Part shown: piece after piece, positions 30,425 to 41,482 of the stretch | Position numbering within the stretch: position 1 is the stretch's first letter | Layout of the letters: every line of letters begins with the position of its first letter | Source of the DNA: Desulfuromonadales bacterium | GTDB taxonomy: Bacteria > Desulfobacterota > Desulfuromonadia > Desulfuromonadales > JACZKF01 | Reading direction: 5' to 3' | Assembly: GCA_041677125.1 (NCBI GenBank) | Contig: JBAYQP010000003.1 | Location: 45,421 to 109,420 of the forward strand | DNA length: 64,000 bases | Translations under genes and position numbers: made by a program | The notes under the pieces: model-generated | What the model saw: the letters and a program-made list of their open reading frames with translations, nothing else | The model's database searches: none | Told to the model about the DNA's origin: nothing

Positions 30425-30746
30425 ACCTGTGGCCTTGAAATGAATGAAGCTTGAATTCTATCTGGATTTTTCCCCCAGGCAAAGCTTAAGAAGCTGATGG
30501 GCCGTTGGTTGCGCCGCCCTTTCCCGCAACGAACGCCGCCGCCGCGGCCAGCCCGACGTCGGTCGGGCAGGGACCATGTCCTGCTCCTGACCGCGCAGGT
30601 AAAGGCTGCGGCTGGAAAAGGCGATCTCCATGCCGAACTGGCGAGAATTGCGTCTTTTTCTTTAGCAGATGCGGCGCGCGATTGCAACCGGCGGGCAATT
30701 GCCGCAGTGGATGGGCGATTTCCTCCCGACCGGCGCGTGTGCTAAC

Positions 30747-31532
30747 ATGAATGACATGCCGAACCCACCTCTTTTCATTGACACCCACGTCCATCTTGAT
30801 TATCTACCGGATGCGCCGGCGGCGGTGCGCCAGGCGCGGTCGGCGGGGGTGGGGCAGTGGATCGTGCCCGGGGTGCGCCGCGAAGGATGGGCCGGTTTGC
30901 CCGCCCTGGCGCGGGAGATTCCGGGTGTTCTGTTTGCGCCGGGGCTGCATCCGCAGGCGGCCGACCAGTGGAACAACGAAGCGGCGACGGAGCTGCGGCA
31001 GCTTCTCGCCGCGGAGAATTGCGTGGCGCTGGGGGAGATCGGCCTCGACCGGTTGCTTGATTTCCCGGCGGCGGCGACCCAGGAGGCGGCCTTTCGCGGC
31101 CAGGTGCAACTGGCGGTTGCCGCCGGCCGACCGATTCTGATCCATTGCCGGCGGGCTACGGCGCGTCTGCTGAAGATTTTGCGCGAAGAACGGGCCGACC
31201 GGGTCGGCGGGGTCTTCCACGCCTTCTCCGGCAGCCGGGAAACCGCGCGGAGCGCCCTCGATCTCGGCTTCGCCATCGGTTTCGGCGGCGCCCTGACCTG
31301 GACCAATGCCCGGCGGGCGCCGGATGTCTTGCGGGCGTTGCCGGCCGAAGCGATCGTTCTCGAGACCGATGCGCCGGACATGGCGCCGCAGCCGCATCGC
31401 ACCTCGGAAAACCGTCCGGCCTGGCTGCCCTTGATTGCCGGCCGGGTGGCGGCGATTCGCGGCTGGAGTCTGGAGGAGACGGCGCGGATTACCGCGGAAA
31501 ACGCGCGGCGGGTATTGAAAATCGGCATATAA
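30747..31532 (+). CDS. TatD family metal-dependent hydrolase
   Basis: FIDTHVHLD, GEIGLD, HCR, GVFHAFSG, LETDAP motifs. Start at 30747 or 30756. Confidence 0.85.
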   Translation: MNDMPNPPLFIDTHVHLDYLPDAPAAVRQARSAGVGQWIVPGVRREGWAGLPALAREIPGVLFAPGLHPQAADQWNNEAATELRQLLAAENCVALGEIGLDRLLDFPAAATQEAAFRGQVQLAVAAGRPILIHCRRATARLLKILREERADRVGGVFHAFSGSRETARSALDLGFAIGFGGALTWTNARRAPDVLRALPAEAIVLETDAPDMAPQPHRTSENRPAWLPLIAGRVAAIRGWSLEETARITAENARRVLKIGI

Positions 31533-31584
31533 ACGGCGCTCCCCAGCCCTAAATCAATCTCACTTTCAGGAAACGGCGCGAGGT

Positions 31585-32358
31585 ATGAGCAGGCAACATC
31601 GATTTTCCCGGTTTGAATTGCTGGTCGGCGCCGGCGGCCTGGAGCGGCTGAACGCCGCCTCCGTAGCGGTTTTCGGGGTCGGCGGCGTCGGCAGCTTCGC
31701 CGCCGAAGCGCTGGCGCGGGCCGGGGTGGGGCGCCTGACCCTGATCGATTTCGACGATATCTGCCTGACCAACGTCAACCGGCAGTTGCATGCCCTCGAT
31801 GGCAGCATCGGCCGGGCCAAGGTGCAGGTCATGGCCGAACGCTGCCGGGCGATCAATCCCGACCTGCGGATCGAGCCGGTCAAGGCCTTTTACTCCGCCG
31901 AAAATGCGCCGGAGCTGCTTGGCCGGGGTTACGATTACGTGCTCGACTGCATCGACCACATCACCGGCAAGCTGCACCTGCTGCAATCCTGCAAAGAGCG
32001 GGGGCTGCCGGTGATCTCTTCCATGGGCGCGGCGAACAAGCTCGATCCGACCAAGATCGCCGTCGCCGATCTGTTCCACACCCAGAAATGCCGCCTGGCG
32101 CGCATCATCCGCAAGGAACTGCGGCGGCGGGGAATTGGCACCGGTATCAAAGTGGTCTATTCGACCGAGGAATTTCGCCCGCTGACGAATGCCAGCGCCG
32201 GCTGCGCCGAAAACTGCATCTGCCCAAACCAGGAAGATGCCACCTGGCGGTGCACCGATCGACGGGTCATTCTCGGCAGCTCGTCCTATATCCCGCCGTT
32301 ATTCGGTCTGACCATGGCCGGCGAGGTGGTGCGCGCCCTTCTCGGGCAGGAGCGCTGA
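31585..32358 (+). CDS. tcdA: tRNA threonylcarbamoyladenosine dehydratase (ThiF/E1-like)
   Basis: VFGVGGVGSFAAEALARAGVGRLTLIDFDDICLTNVNRQLHA is collinear with E. coli TcdA/CsdL as recalled. Confidence 0.85.
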   Translation: MSRQHRFSRFELLVGAGGLERLNAASVAVFGVGGVGSFAAEALARAGVGRLTLIDFDDICLTNVNRQLHALDGSIGRAKVQVMAERCRAINPDLRIEPVKAFYSAENAPELLGRGYDYVLDCIDHITGKLHLLQSCKERGLPVISSMGAANKLDPTKIAVADLFHTQKCRLARIIRKELRRRGIGTGIKVVYSTEEFRPLTNASAGCAENCICPNQEDATWRCTDRRVILGSSSYIPPLFGLTMAGEVVRALLGQER

Positions 32359-33107
32359 TGCCCGAATATCTTCACCTCCCGGCGCTGTTGCTGGTCGGCT
32401 TCGTCTCCGGCTTTCTCAACATTCTGGCCGGCGGCGGCTCGCTGCTGACCCTTCCCCTGCTGATTTTCCTCGGTTTGCCGGCGACGGTGGCCAACGGCAC
32501 CAACCGGGTGGGGGTGCTCTGGCAAAACATTTTTGCCGTCGCCTCCTTTCGTCGCCAGGGGGTCCTGCCCTTGCGGCTGGCCCTGATGTGCACCGCCCCT
32601 TCCCTGGCCGGCAGCTATATCGGCGCGCGGTTGGCGGTGGATATCGACGAGCAGCTCTTTCAGCGTCTTCTCGCCGGCGTGATGATCGGCGTGCTGGTGG
32701 TGATTCTCGTCGATCCGGCCAAACGCCTGCGTATCGAACCGGCCGCCTTCTCCACCCTGCGCCTGGCGGTGCTCCTGGTCTCTTTTTTCTTCATCGGCAT
32801 TTACGGGGGGTTCGTGCAGGCGGGAGTCGGATTTCTTATCATTCCGGCGCTGATGGTGCACGGCATCGATCTGGTGCGGACCAACGCGGTGAAAATTCTC
32901 GTCATTCTGCTTTTCACCATCCCCGCCCTGTGGGTTTTCATCGCGCATGGGCAGGTCGATTGGGCGCTCGGGTTCGCCCTGGCGGCCGGCAACTCGATGG
33001 GGGGACTGGTGGCTTCGCGGCTGGCGGTGCAAAAAGGACACGACTGGATCAAGAAAGTCGTGTCCTTGACCGTGCTGATTCTGGCCCTTAAGCTGCTTCT
33101 GCAGTGA
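32358..33107 (+). CDS. Sulfite exporter TauE/SafE family membrane protein
   Basis: GFLNILAGGGSLLTLPLLIFLGLP...ANGTNR motif, repeated 4-TM halves. TGATG overlap with tcdA. The track ORF start at 32088 was rejected. Confidence 0.8.
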   Translation: MPEYLHLPALLLVGFVSGFLNILAGGGSLLTLPLLIFLGLPATVANGTNRVGVLWQNIFAVASFRRQGVLPLRLALMCTAPSLAGSYIGARLAVDIDEQLFQRLLAGVMIGVLVVILVDPAKRLRIEPAAFSTLRLAVLLVSFFFIGIYGGFVQAGVGFLIIPALMVHGIDLVRTNAVKILVILLFTIPALWVFIAHGQVDWALGFALAAGNSMGGLVASRLAVQKGHDWIKKVVSLTVLILALKLLLQ

Positions 33108-33323
33108 TTACTGGACGATGAAAGCCAGCTTCAGGACGACCTGATATTCGTTGACCTTGCCCTTGTCGTCGATGTGCCCGCGAATATCGCCGACCTCGAA
33201 CCAGGAAAGCCCGTCCAGCGATTCCCGCGCCTTGCTCACCGCTCTCTGGATGGCGTCTTCGATGCCGGTGCGGGAAACTCCGATCACTTCCACCTTCTTG
33301 TAGATTCGCTCCTCGCCATACAT
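33108..33323 (-). CDS. Dodecin family protein
   Basis: 71 aa, YKKVEVIGVSRTGIEDAIQRAVSKA...WFEV...G...YQVVLKLAF. Typical dodecin sequence. Confidence 0.8.
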   Translation of the reverse strand: MYGEERIYKKVEVIGVSRTGIEDAIQRAVSKARESLDGLSWFEVGDIRGHIDDKGKVNEYQVVLKLAFIVQ

Positions 33324-33365
33324 TCCGATTCGCTCCTTTGGTTAAGCGGCCGACGCGCCGTCGGA

Positions 33366-33632
33366 TCACCCGGCGTTCTCTTTTTCCCCGCCCGCAGCAT
33401 CGGGCGGGGGAGGCTTGGCCGGCGGCTCCTTTTCGCCTTCGGTGCGCAGGGAGCGGCGCAGCGCCCCGGCCATTTCTTCGATGAAGCCGGCGACTTCGGC
33501 CAGGGGATCGAGCAGCGGCATGGTCCATTTTTCCGCGCGTTTGGCATCCCTTTGGGGAAATCCGCAGTGGGGGCAGGCCACCGCCTGCTCGGAAATCTGT
33601 TTTTGGCATTCCGGGCAATCGATCAATGCCAT
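33366..33632 (-). CDS. Zinc-ribbon domain protein
   Basis: MALIDCPECQKQISEQAVACPHCGFP N-terminal CXXC...CXXC ribbon. GGGAGG RBS upstream. Confidence 0.6.
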   Translation of the reverse strand: MALIDCPECQKQISEQAVACPHCGFPQRDAKRAEKWTMPLLDPLAEVAGFIEEMAGALRRSLRTEGEKEPPAKPPPPDAAGGEKENAG

Positions 33633-33808
33633 TTATGGCCTCCCTTTCGTTGTGGGCGGCGACTGGCCACCGGTGCGCCATACAAGAATAGATGGCCAGG
33701 GGCGAAAGGCAACCGCCGAAGCGCTGCGGCTATCGGAAAAACTTACAGACCTCATTTGGCAGGCAGTCGGTGGGTGGAAAACGTCTTAAAAACAGATAAT
33801 TATAAACT

Positions 33809-33824
33809 TGGTACGAGTTCTGCT
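33809..33824 (+). promoter_or_regulatory. Sigma54 (-24/-12)-like promoter element
   Basis: TGGTACGAGTTCTGCT versus consensus TGGCACG-N4-TTGCW. GG and GC have correct spacing. Preceded by an AT-rich tract. Confidence 0.3.
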
Positions 33825-34097
33825 AGAGCAGGGGGAAAGACCAGCCTCCCGGTTCCGGTTTTGCCGCGCCGGGCGGGCGGCTTTTCCTCCGAGGAGCCAA
33901 TGGAAAAGGAGAATCGTCTGGAAATCGGCAACAGAGATATCGCCCGGCGGCGCAAGCGGGCGAGCCGGCCGACGCCGCCCGCCGAAAGCGCCGAGCCGCG
34001 GGAAAACCCGCTCGCACCGGCGGCAAACCGCCCGGCCGCCGACCGTCCCTGATCCCGGTTCCTCCCCGGGCGCGCAACGAACAACCAGGGGGCCGGA

Positions 34098-35498
<1,401 letters not shown>

Positions 35499-35660
35499 GA
35501 CGGTTCTCCTTTTCTTGCGGATTTGCAGGGCAGGGTTCTCGTTGAAAAGACTTAAGGTGCGCCAGTATTCTGCTCACCCCCGGCCCCCTTGTCAATGCCT
35601 CCGGGGCGGCCACCGGGTTTTCCTTTCCTTCCCCTGGTCGCCGGAGTAGAATCCACCCCC

Positions 35661-36533
35661 ATGAGCAGTCTCGCCTTCATGCTTATCCTGATTTCCGCCG
35701 TCATGCACGCCTTCTGGAATCTGCTGGTCAAGCGCAGCCGGGACAAGACGGTGTTCATCTGGTGGATGTTCGTGATGTCGGGCGCCCTGCTCAATCTCCT
35801 GCTGCCGTTGCAGGCCGAAGCGTTTCCGCCCGTTTCGGCGAAGGTTCTGCTGCTCGGCGCGGCCGGCGGCGCCTGCTTCGTCCTGTATCACCTGCTTAAC
35901 GGCCGCGCCTACCGCAGCGGCGATCTCTCCCTCAGCTATCCCCTCGCCCAGACCTCCATGCTGTACGTTCCGCTGTGGGGGATGCTCCTTCTGGGAGAGG
36001 TTCTTTCCGCCTCCGGCATGGCCGGCATCGCCCTGGTGGTGGCCGGCGCCTACAGTGTCCAGCTGCGGCGGTTTTCCTTCTCCGAGGTGCTGCGCCCCTT
36101 TCGCGGTCTTGGCGAGCCGGCGGTGCGGGCGGCGCTCGCCGCCGGCTTCATCTACTCGGTGGGCGCGGTGGTGGACAAGGTCGGGGTCGGTATTTATCCC
36201 CCCTTTTACTTCACCTACCTGCTGGTCATGTTCATGCTGCTGTTCATGACCGCCAACCTGTTGCGTCGCCGCTATCGCGGCCGGATTTGCGAGGAATGGC
36301 GGCGGAGCCGCACGCTTATTCTGTGCTCCGGGCCGGTGATGATGGGCTCCTTTCTCACCTTTCGCTACGGGCTGAAGCTGGCGCCGATGAGCTACGCCGT
36401 TCCGGTGCGCCAGGTCAGCCTTCTGGTCGGGGTCATGATCGGCATCGTGTTCCTCGGCGAGACCTGCGGCCGCATTCGTTGCACCGCCGTCTTGCTCATT
36501 CTCGCCGGGGTGTTTATGATCCGTTTGGGATAA
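35661..36533 (+). CDS. EamA/DMT family transporter
   Basis: Ten TM segments with a duplicated EamA-like pattern. Start at MSSLAFMLILISAVMHAFWNLLVKRS. Confidence 0.75.
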   Translation: MSSLAFMLILISAVMHAFWNLLVKRSRDKTVFIWWMFVMSGALLNLLLPLQAEAFPPVSAKVLLLGAAGGACFVLYHLLNGRAYRSGDLSLSYPLAQTSMLYVPLWGMLLLGEVLSASGMAGIALVVAGAYSVQLRRFSFSEVLRPFRGLGEPAVRAALAAGFIYSVGAVVDKVGVGIYPPFYFTYLLVMFMLLFMTANLLRRRYRGRICEEWRRSRTLILCSGPVMMGSFLTFRYGLKLAPMSYAVPVRQVSLLVGVMIGIVFLGETCGRIRCTAVLLILAGVFMIRLG

Positions 36534-36549
36534 TCCAACACAAACAAGG

Positions 36550-37152
36550 ATGGAAATGAAAAATCTGGCCAATTTCTTTTTCGAAGTCGGGATGCTCAAG
36601 CGCACCCCGCGCACCGGCTTCCAGTTTCTCGGTTCGGGGGCGGAATCGGTGGCCGAGCACAGCTTTCGCACGGCGGTGATCGGCTACACCCTGGCCCGGC
36701 TGGACGGGGCGGCCGACGTCGGCCGGGTGCTGCAGCTCTGTCTGTTTCACGACATCCCGGAGGCGCGCACCGGCGATCTCAACTACGTCAATAAAAAATA
36801 CGTCAAGACCGACGAGAAGCGAGCCGTGGCCGATTTGGCGCGCACCCTGCCCTTCGGCGACGATTACCAGGGATCGATCGAGGAGTTTGTCGCCGGCGCC
36901 AGCCGCGAGTCGCTCATCGCCCACGACGCCGACCAGCTGGAGATGATTCTCGCGCTGAAGGAGTACAAGGACCTGGGCAACCGCTACGCCGACGAATGGT
37001 ATCCCTTCGCCGTGCGCCGCCTGCGGACCGAGGCCGCCCAGCAGCTGGCGGCGACCATCTGGAACACCGACTCGACGCGTTGGTGGTTCGACGACGACAG
37101 CGAATGGTGGGTCAAGGGGAAACTGGACCTCGCAGGACCGGCGGAGCCTTGA
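36550..37152 (+). CDS. HD domain protein (YfbR-like 5'-deoxynucleotidase family)
   Basis: LKRTPRTGF...ESVAEHSF...FHDIPEARTGD motifs. Confidence 0.8.
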   Translation: MEMKNLANFFFEVGMLKRTPRTGFQFLGSGAESVAEHSFRTAVIGYTLARLDGAADVGRVLQLCLFHDIPEARTGDLNYVNKKYVKTDEKRAVADLARTLPFGDDYQGSIEEFVAGASRESLIAHDADQLEMILALKEYKDLGNRYADEWYPFAVRRLRTEAAQQLAATIWNTDSTRWWFDDDSEWWVKGKLDLAGPAEP

Positions 37153-37240
37153 CGCGCCGGGGCGTTAATGCTAAATAAACTATCTTCTTCTCCAGGCGTC
37201 GGGGCACCTCCCCGCCGCCGCTGCCAACGGACGGCCTGTC

Positions 37241-38509
37241 ATGCTTGATGCCAAATATCTGCGCGAAAACCTCGATGCGGCCGAGCAGCGCCTGGCCACC
37301 CGCGGCGGTGCGGTCAACCTGTCCGGCTTCCGCGACCTCGACCGGCGCCGGCGCGAGCTGCTCGGGGAATCGGAGAATCTCAAGGCCGAAAAGAACCGGG
37401 TGTCGCTGCTCATCGGCCAGACCCGCGACAAGAGCCAGGTGCGGGACGAAATCGCCCGCATGAAGGAGGTTTCCGGCCGCATCAAGGGGCTCGAAGACGA
37501 GCTGAAGCAGGTCGAGGAAGAACTCCAGGGAATCCTGCTCACCGTCCCCAATCTGCCGCACGAGGCGGCGCCCGTCGGCGCTTCCGAGGAAGAAAACCGC
37601 GAAGTGCGGCGCTGGGGCGAGCCGACCGTCTTTGCTTTCGCCGCCAGGCCACACTGGGAAATTGGCGAACAGCTCGGCATTCTCGATTTCGAACGGGCCG
37701 GCAAGATCACCGGCGCCCGTTTTTCCCTGCTTAAAGGGGCCGGCGCGCGGCTGGAGCGGGCGCTGATCAGTTTCATGCTCGACCTGCACACCGGCGAGCA
37801 CGGCTATGTCGAAGTGCTGCCCCCCTTCCTGGTCAACCGCGAGTCGATGACCGGCACCGGCCAACTGCCCAAGTTCGAAGACGATCTTTTTCATACCGAG
37901 GGACCCGATTACTTCCTCATCCCCACCGCCGAAGTGCCGGTGACCAATATCCATCGCGACGAAATCCTCGCCGCCGCCGACCTGCCCCTCGGCTACACGG
38001 CCTATACGCCCTGTTTCCGCCGCGAGGCCGGCTCCTACGGCAAGGACACCCGCGGGCTGATTCGTCAGCACCAGTTCAACAAGGTCGAGCTGGTCAAGTT
38101 CGTCCGCCCTGAAGAGAGCGACAGCGAACTGGCCGCGCTGCTCGACAACGCCGAAGAGGTGCTGCGGCGGCTGCGGCTGCCCTACCGGGTGGTCGATCTG
38201 TGCACCGGCGATATCGGTTTTTCCGCCGCCCGCACCTTCGATATCGAGGTCTGGCTGCCGGCGCAGGAAACCTATCGCGAAATCTCCTCTTGCTCCAATT
38301 TCCGCGACTTTCAGGCGCGGCGCGCCGCGATTCGCTTCCGCCGCGAAGAGGGCGCGCGACCCGAATTCGTCCACACCCTCAACGGCTCCGGCCTGGCGGT
38401 CGGCCGGACGCTGGTGGCCATACTGGAAAACTATCAGCAGGCCGACGGGTCGGTCATCATCCCCGAAGTGCTGCGCCCCTACATGGGCGGGATGGAAAAA
38501 ATAGACTGA
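37241..38509 (+). CDS. serS: Serine--tRNA ligase
   Basis: N-terminal coiled-coil [12 protein letters not shown]. Class II motifs ([43 protein letters not shown]). Confidence 0.95.
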   Translation: MLDAKYLRENLDAAEQRLATRGGAVNLSGFRDLDRRRRELLGESENLKAEKNRVSLLIGQTRDKSQVRDEIARMKEVSGRIKGLEDELKQVEEELQGILLTVPNLPHEAAPVGASEEENREVRRWGEPTVFAFAARPHWEIGEQLGILDFERAGKITGARFSLLKGAGARLERALISFMLDLHTGEHGYVEVLPPFLVNRESMTGTGQLPKFEDDLFHTEGPDYFLIPTAEVPVTNIHRDEILAAADLPLGYTAYTPCFRREAGSYGKDTRGLIRQHQFNKVELVKFVRPEESDSELAALLDNAEEVLRRLRLPYRVVDLCTGDIGFSAARTFDIEVWLPAQETYREISSCSNFRDFQARRAAIRFRREEGARPEFVHTLNGSGLAVGRTLVAILENYQQADGSVIIPEVLRPYMGGMEKID

Positions 38510-38517
38510 TTGCATGC

Positions 38518-38603
38518 GGAGGAGTGGCCGAGTGGCTTAAGGCGGCGGTCTTGAAAACCGTTGAACGAAAGTTCCGTGGGTTCGAATCCTACCTCCTCCG
38601 CCA
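38518..38603 (+). tRNA. tRNA-Ser (anticodon TGA)
   Basis: GGAGGAG acceptor, GCCGAGTGG D-loop, anticodon loop CTTGAAA, long variable arm, GGTTCGAATCC, encoded CCA. Confidence 0.9.
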
Positions 38604-38669
38604 AATTAAAATTGACATTCGGGGCAGCTCAAGTGTAATCTTTGCCCCATTCGAAAAGGCAAAAAGCAC

Positions 38670-38763
<94 letters not shown>

Positions 38764-38810
38764 GTTTTTAAAACTTCAAAACCCCGATCCCGAATCCCGC
38801 ATAAAATCAT

Positions 38811-38839
38811 TTGACAAAAAGATCAAAATAAGAGATAAA
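38811..38839 (+). promoter_or_regulatory. Putative sigma70 promoter for tRNA-Arg
   Basis: TTGACA (38811-38816), 17-nt spacer, GATAAA (38834-38839), ~18 nt upstream of the tRNA 5' end. A similar TTGACA at 38612 precedes tRNA-Ser(GCT). Confidence 0.4.
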
Positions 38840-38857
38840 TTCATCTCTTCACCCCAC

Positions 38858-38934
<77 letters not shown>

Positions 38935-38944
38935 CTAAAAGCAA

Positions 38945-38978
38945 AGGCCCCGGCACTTAACAGTGCCGGGGCCTTTTT
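38945..38978. terminator. Bidirectional rho-independent terminator (tRNA operon and the converging lipid cluster)
   Basis: AGGCCCCGGCAC, loop ttaaca, GTGCCGGGGCCT, T5. An A/T run also lies on the opposite side. Confidence 0.7.
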
Positions 38979-39011
38979 GCGTTGTCGAAGACGGGTTTTT
39001 GCCGAAGGATA

Positions 39012-39287
39012 TTACTCCCCCTGCTCCTTCCGGATATAGTCCGCCAGCGTTCTGAGCGACTGCAGCACCTCGCGGCTGGTCTCCTGCGAGGCGATGCGGA
39101 CCTGGAAATTTTTCTGCACCAGCACCACCACTTCCACCGCGTCAAGGGAATCGAGGCCGAAGGGGGAGTCCGGGCCGATGAGCGGGGCGTCGGCGAGAGT
39201 TTCCGTGGGCGGATTGAGCACGTTGCAGGACTGGACGATCATCTTCTGCAGCTGCGCCTCAAGGTCAAGGGTGTTCGTCTTTTCCAT
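39012..39287 (-). CDS. Acyl carrier protein (cluster ACP 3)
   Basis: GLDSLDAVEVVVLVQ phosphopantetheine-attachment motif. 91 aa. AAAGGAGAAG RBS. Confidence 0.8.
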   Translation of the reverse strand: MEKTNTLDLEAQLQKMIVQSCNVLNPPTETLADAPLIGPDSPFGLDSLDAVEVVVLVQKNFQVRIASQETSREVLQSLRTLADYIRKEQGE

Positions 39288-39313
39288 AAACTTCTCCTTT
39301 TATATTCCGTGCC

Positions 39314-40639
39314 TCAGACGCCGCTACGGCTTCGCCGGAGGAAAGCCAGCCAGGCGATCCCCAGGGTGGCGGCGAAAAAGGCGAGCAGTCCGAGGGCGTT
39401 CGGCAGCACGGCGGAAAAATCGCCGCCGCGCACGAACAGTTCGATAAAACCGTTGAGCCCCCAGGCGAGGGGGGAAAACACGCTGATCGCCGCCATCGCT
39501 TTCGGCATGACGTAGACCGGAACCATGACCCCGCCCAGGGCGGCGGCGAGGACCACCGCCACTGGCCCGACCATGGAGGCCTGCTCGTAGGAGCCGACCA
39601 GGGTGCCGACCAGGATGCCGAAGCCCGTCGCCGCCAGGGCGGCGCACAGGGCGAGGAAGAAAACGGCCGCCGGCTGATTGCCGATGTCGAGCACCGGCGT
39701 GCCGAACAGGGGGAGAATGGCGGCGCCCACCAGCAGCATGAAAAGAAACTGGCCGAGGCAAACCAGGACATAGGCCGCCACCTTGCCGGCGAGCAGCAGC
39801 AGCGGCGAAACGGCGATGGTGCGCAGGCGCAGCAAGGTTCCTTCCTGCCGCTCGCGCAGCAGGGTGCCGGAGAGGGGGACGACGATGAAGAACATGCCGA
39901 ACAGAGCCCAGGCCGGCACATTCTGCTGCACCGCCGTCGGCAGGCTGGGCAGTTCGCCGATCAGGGCGACCTGTTCGCGGATGGCGAGAACCGGCGCATC
40001 GCTCCAGGTCAGGCGAAGCTGCGGTTTGGCCGTCTCGGGCATGCCGAAGGGGAACTGGCTGGCGAGTTGCCGCTCCATCTCTCCCGGCAGCAATTCGGCG
40101 ATGAAATGCAGCTTTTCTTCCGTTTCCACGCCGAGGATCACCAGCCGCAGGGAGCTGACCACCGCCGTGCGGAAAGCGCCCTGAACGGTCGGATCGAAGT
40201 AGACCGCCAGTTCGGCGGCCTCTTCGGTCGCCGGCGCGGCATCCTCCGCCCCCGAAAGGGATTGCTCCGCCAGCCGGCGGGCGTGGGCGCGAACCCCTTC
40301 GGTTGTTCCGGCCGGAATGACGATGGCAAATTGAAAATCGCCGCCGCTGACCGCCTGGCGGGCGGCCGCCGCATCGAGGGTCTGATCGGGAATCTCCCGC
40401 ACCAGGGAGAGGGCGCCGAGCTCCCGCAGGCGCTCTTCCACCCGGCGGGCCACCTCGCCGCCGTCTTCATCGACCAGCAGCACCGGCAGGCTGGCGGAGC
40501 TGGTCTCCAGGATGTTGTTCTGCACCAGGGAAACCACCAGCACCAGGGCGGCGGGCATGGCGAAGAGCAGGAGCAGGCCGGCCCGGTCGCGCCAGACGAG
40601 CAGCAGTTCTTTGTAGAGGGTGGCGAGAAGTTTCGACAT
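39314..40639 (-). CDS. ABC-2 type exporter permease with a large extracytoplasmic loop
   Basis: N-terminal TM, ~200-aa loop, then five C-terminal TM segments (ABC-2/YhhJ-like architecture). Confidence 0.8.
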   Translation of the reverse strand: MSKLLATLYKELLLVWRDRAGLLLLFAMPAALVLVVSLVQNNILETSSASLPVLLVDEDGGEVARRVEERLRELGALSLVREIPDQTLDAAAARQAVSGGDFQFAIVIPAGTTEGVRAHARRLAEQSLSGAEDAAPATEEAAELAVYFDPTVQGAFRTAVVSSLRLVILGVETEEKLHFIAELLPGEMERQLASQFPFGMPETAKPQLRLTWSDAPVLAIREQVALIGELPSLPTAVQQNVPAWALFGMFFIVVPLSGTLLRERQEGTLLRLRTIAVSPLLLLAGKVAAYVLVCLGQFLFMLLVGAAILPLFGTPVLDIGNQPAAVFFLALCAALAATGFGILVGTLVGSYEQASMVGPVAVVLAAALGGVMVPVYVMPKAMAAISVFSPLAWGLNGFIELFVRGGDFSAVLPNALGLLAFFAATLGIAWLAFLRRSRSGV

Positions 40640-40651
40640 CGGCGCTTTCGG

Positions 40652-41482
40652 TCAGTGGTCGCGCAGTTGGCGGCCGGTCAAGTGCAGAAACAGGTCTTCG
40701 AGGGAGGCGCATTCGGGCCGGTCGGCGATCAGTGCCGCCGGCTGTCCTTCGGCGATGATCCGGCCGTGGTCCATGATGCCGATGCGATCGCAGAGCTGCT
40801 CCGCCTCTTCCATGTAGTGGGTGGTGTAGACCAGGGTCAATCCCTCATCCTTCAGCCGGGCCAGATTCTCCAGGATCAGGTTGCGCGACTGGGCGTCGAT
40901 GCCCACCGTCGGCTCGTCGAGAAACAGCAGCCGCGGTCGGTGCAGCAGGCCGGCGGCGAGATTGGCGCGCCGCTTCATGCCGCCGGAGTAGACCTCCACC
41001 GGCCGGTCGGCGTGGTCGGCAAGCTGCACCAGGGCGAGAGCCTCGGCGACCCGCTCCTCCAGCGTCAACCCCTTCAGGCCGTAGAGGCGGGCGAAGTAGC
41101 GCAGGTTCTCCCGGCCGGTCAGCCGCGGGTAGAGGGCGATCTCCTGCGGCACCAGGCCGATCTGCCGGCGCACCTGTTTGGCGTGGCACTGGGTGTCGCG
41201 GCCGGCGAAGCGGACGCTGCCGCCAGTGGGCCGCAGCAGAGTGCAGAGGATGGAAATCGCCGTGGTCTTGCCGGCGCCGTTGGGCCCGAGCAGGCCGAAG
41301 GCCTCCCCTTGCCGGATCTGGAGATTGAGCCCGTCCACCGCCGGGCGGGAGGCGCCGGGGTAGATTTTGACCAGATTCCCGGCTTCGAGCAGGATCTCGT
41401 CGCTTGCCGCAACTTCCAGCGGCGACCGCTCGGACAGGTCGCTCTCTTCGGGCATGGTGTCGTTGCGAAGATCGAGCTTCAT
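40652..41482 (-). CDS. ABC transporter ATP-binding protein
   Basis: GPNGAGKTT, YSGGMKRR, LLFLDEPT. ATG at 41482 gives an ATGA overlap with the upstream gene. The track start at 41818 was rejected. Confidence 0.9.
   Translation of the reverse strand: MKLDLRNDTMPEESDLSERSPLEVAASDEILLEAGNLVKIYPGASRPAVDGLNLQIRQGEAFGLLGPNGAGKTTAISILCTLLRPTGGSVRFAGRDTQCHAKQVRRQIGLVPQEIALYPRLTGRENLRYFARLYGLKGLTLEERVAEALALVQLADHADRPVEVYSGGMKRRANLAAGLLHRPRLLFLDEPTVGIDAQSRNLILENLARLKDEGLTLVYTTHYMEEAEQLCDRIGIMDHGRIIAEGQPAALIADRPECASLEDLFLHLTGRQLRDH

Noticed and set aside
27962-30454. 830-aa ORF antisense to the hybrid histidine kinase
   Set aside because: The minus-strand product has complete PAS/HisKA/HATPase/REC motifs. 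The + strand ORF has none.
30447-30490. Adjacent HindIII-EcoRI (AAGCTTGAATTC) and HindIII/AflII (AAGCTTAAG) sites resembling a polylinker
   Set aside because: The stretch is short and lies in an AT-richer intergenic region upstream of the kinase gene. There are no vector-like flanks or other engineered features. Most simply chance.
33633-33800. Possible riboswitch (c-di-GMP/GEMM-like) in the long leader of the zinc-ribbon gene
   Set aside because: I could not find the conserved GEMM-I core or tetraloop-receptor elements, or any other riboswitch consensus, by eye. Only generic GC hairpins are present. A covariance-model scan would be needed.
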